Shown here piece after piece: positions 62,284-64,000 of a stretch of DNA of 64,000 nucleotides (its first letter is position 1; each line of letters starts with the position of its first letter). A model generated the notes under the pieces. The model was not told the origin of the DNA. It did not search any database and saw only the letters and a list, made by a program, of their open reading frames with translations. Position numbers and translations under genes: made by a program. This DNA is from Acidobacteriota bacterium (GTDB lineage: Bacteria > Acidobacteriota > Vicinamibacteria > Vicinamibacterales > JAKQTR01), in contig JAPKZO010000039.1 of the NCBI GenBank assembly GCA_026393755.1, forward strand, positions 134,096 through 198,095. Direction: 5' to 3'.

Positions 62284-63111
62284 TTGTGGTTCAACGGACT
62301 TTTGATGGTCGCGACCGTTCTGACGGCCGGGATTGTTCTGCGTCAGAACATGATTCTCGACGCGTCTCTTGCCGAGATGAGAAAGCAATCCGTCGCGGCC
62401 CAGGCCTCTGTGGGAGCCGCCCAAGATGCGGCTCGGGCCGCAAAGAATAGCGCTGCCTTGGCTGAAAGGCAGGTCGAATACGGCGCCATCGAAGCAAACG
62501 CCGCCAAGACTCAAGTCGCGCTCACTGAAGATTCGCTCCGAGCGAGATTGGCTATCACAAAGTACGAACTGCAACCGTTGGTGATCGGTGAACGCCCGAG
62601 ACTTCAGGTCGAAGTAGAGAATGTCGGCCATTCGGCTGCGATAGATCAACGGAGCGCCTTCTTCTCCATGCGCCTTCCGGCGCTCCTGATGTCGGACATT
62701 GGCAAGAAGCCGCACAGCGAGATCATGGCTGGAATCCGGGCAGAACCCTGGTTCCTGTACATCGTTACGCGCCCGAAGACCCTGAACGACCTGCAACTCG
62801 CTCAACTGCCCTATTTGCCACCGAATGCTGAGTTCAGCCTTCCCGAAAGGACGGAGGCGGGCGGTCTGGAGCCCGGCGCAAAATCCATCCACATGTCTCT
62901 GTATGCTAAACCCTTGACGGAGGGCTTGTTGAAAGAGATACAGGACAACGCAAGGCGGCCGGTGTTCTTTGGCCACTTCAGCTACGCCAGTTTTGGCAAA
63001 CGCCATGTGACGAGATTCTGTGCGTACACTTTGCCGCCAGGTGGAGAGATCGCAACATTGTCTGGACAGCCATTGATTGCCTGTGGCGGCAAGTGGAACC
63101 TCTCCGAATAG
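62284..63111 (+). CDS. Hypothetical N-terminally anchored protein with a coiled-coil segment (possibly a pseudogene, see the in-frame TAG at 62239)
   Basis: Protein-like composition: a TM helix LWFNGLLMVATVLTAGIVL, an Ala/Gln-rich helix, then a globular part. A TTG (62284) or ATG (62305) start is possible. An in-frame ATG at 62176 is separated from this ORF only by one TAG. Confidence 0.55.
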   Translation: MWFNGLLMVATVLTAGIVLRQNMILDASLAEMRKQSVAAQASVGAAQDAARAAKNSAALAERQVEYGAIEANAAKTQVALTEDSLRARLAITKYELQPLVIGERPRLQVEVENVGHSAAIDQRSAFFSMRLPALLMSDIGKKPHSEIMAGIRAEPWFLYIVTRPKTLNDLQLAQLPYLPPNAEFSLPERTEAGGLEPGAKSIHMSLYAKPLTEGLLKEIQDNARRPVFFGHFSYASFGKRHVTRFCAYTLPPGGEIATLSGQPLIACGGKWNLSE

Positions 63112-63353
63112 AAAGACCGCCAAGCAAAAGAGTAGGCCGCGACAAGCCTTCGGCCAAACCTGACCACTACCCAACCGCAGGAATCCAGCCGCGGCAGCAT
63201 CAGCTGTGATAGCCTCTCTCAAACACCGGGGCTTATTGTGTGCCCGCGCAGGTTTCCCCGCTTGCCGCGCCACACTTCTGCCTGCAGCACCCCGCTTTCT
63301 CATGGTCTGACGGCGCAGGGTCCTGCCCACCATTTTTCCATCAGGAGGACGCA

Positions 63354-64000
63354 GTGCGGATTACAGCAGGACGCGTCGGTCGAGCCACGGCTCGCGCGGC
63401 GACGCTGGCGGCCATCATCGGATGGCTGGCTGTCGCGCCGACCGGGGCCGCCGACACCACGAAGTACCACACTCACGCGGAGCTCTCTGCGGCGTTGAAG
63501 GCCGCGGCCGCCGCGCATCCGAATCTGGCGACGCTGGTGTCGATTGGCAAGTCGGCCGAAGGTCGAGACATCTGGGCGATCGAGATCGCCAATCAGTCAG
63601 GCACACCCGTCGACCAGCGGCCCGGCCTGCTCATCGCGGCCAACTTCGAAGGCGATCACCTGATCGGCAGCGAGCTGGCCGTCTACCTGGCCGACTATCT
63701 GCTCACCTCGTACGCCACGGACGCCGTCGTCAAGCAGCGTCTCGACAACCACGTCTTCTACATCGTGCCGCGCGTCAATCCTGACGGCGCCGAGCTGATG
63801 TTCGCGCCGGTCAAGACCGGCCGCCGCACCAACGGCACGAAGTTCGACGCCGACAACGACGGCCGGATCGACGAGGATGGGCCGGAGGATCTCAACAAGG
63901 ACGGTTTCATCACCGTGATGCGCGTCAAGGACCCGAAGGGTCCGTACATGGTTCATCCCGATGATGCCCGGCTGATGAAGCGCGCTGATCCAGCCAAGGG
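63354..64000 (+). CDS. M14-family zinc carboxypeptidase, 5' part (runs off the window); absent from the ORF track
   Basis: Manual translation from GTG 63354 (RBS AGGAGG at 63343): VRITAGRVGRATARAATLAAIIGWLAVAPTGAADTTKYHTHAELSAALKAAAAAHPNLATLVSIGKSAEGRDIWAIEIAN...FEGDHLIGSE...YIVPRVNPDGAE. This is the M14 N-terminal pattern, and the frame stays open to 64000. Confidence 0.8.
   Translation, partial: MRITAGRVGRATARAATLAAIIGWLAVAPTGAADTTKYHTHAELSAALKAAAAAHPNLATLVSIGKSAEGRDIWAIEIANQSGTPVDQRPGLLIAANFEGDHLIGSELAVYLADYLLTSYATDAVVKQRLDNHVFYIVPRVNPDGAELMFAPVKTGRRTNGTKFDADNDGRIDEDGPEDLNKDGFITVMRVKDPKGPYMVHPDDARLMKRADPAK

Noticed and set aside
61951-63333. 460-aa minus-strand ORF across the island, including a TM-looking stretch (FFGLFSFFALG...LLCFVLFCAAVY)
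   Set aside because: It is Arg/Ser/Cys-rich and not protein-like overall. The apparent TM segment is the complement of the purine-rich K/E/R-coding leader of the plus-strand ORF, and the plus-strand ORF has far more plausible composition. The choice is not fully certain.
1-64000. CRISPR arrays, rRNA genes, prophage or integrase genes, toxin-antitoxin pairs
   Set aside because: I saw no regularly spaced direct repeats of 25-40 nt, no rRNA-like conserved stretches, and no integrase, recombinase, capsid or terminase motifs in any ORF. The only tandem repeats found are the coding 15-mer at 12667 and short motifs.

Overview
This is a high-GC (about 65-70% by eye) bacterial chromosomal segment, probably Acidobacteriota. 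The phylum call is an inference from a TIGR03436-like VWA fragment, a PEGA protein, a tricorn-type protease, a CBM9/DUF5916 protein and pervasive stop-free antisense ORFs. All family calls come from motifs read in the translated ORFs, because no similarity search was possible. About 45 credible genes are present, and I found no rRNA, tRNA or CRISPR array.

The backbone is housekeeping:
- Central carbon node: IDH3-like isocitrate dehydrogenase, two divergent eukaryote-type citrate synthases, MaeB and a NAD-malic enzyme, proline dehydrogenase and an aldehyde dehydrogenase.
- Other core functions: nadE, cca, glmS, Mrp/ApbC and ErpA.
- A glycosyltransferase / deacetylase / LPG-synthase-like operon.
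- A protease-rich stretch: M1 peptidase, tricorn, prolyl oligopeptidase and M14 peptidase.
- A cusCBA-type heavy-metal RND efflux operon.

Accessory or unusual content:
1. A lower-GC island at about 59.7-63.1 kb. It holds a convergent PD-(D/E)xK-like ORF and an SPPY DNA methyltransferase (R-M-like), an IS1-like transposase remnant, and a membrane/coiled-coil ORF interrupted by one in-frame TAG.
2. A Fur-family regulator fused to an intact rubrerythrin-like diiron domain, downstream of erpA.
3. A two-gene BcrA/BadF/HgdC-type double-ATPase 'activase' plus DUF2229-like module, sandwiched between the two malic enzymes.
4. An IS5-type transposase remnant that truncates a VWA gene. Its 23-nt terminus recurs as the inverted ends of a 166-bp MITE-like element at 33.4 kb.
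5. Small Cys/His-rich ORFs, one of them in the czcI position upstream of cusC.
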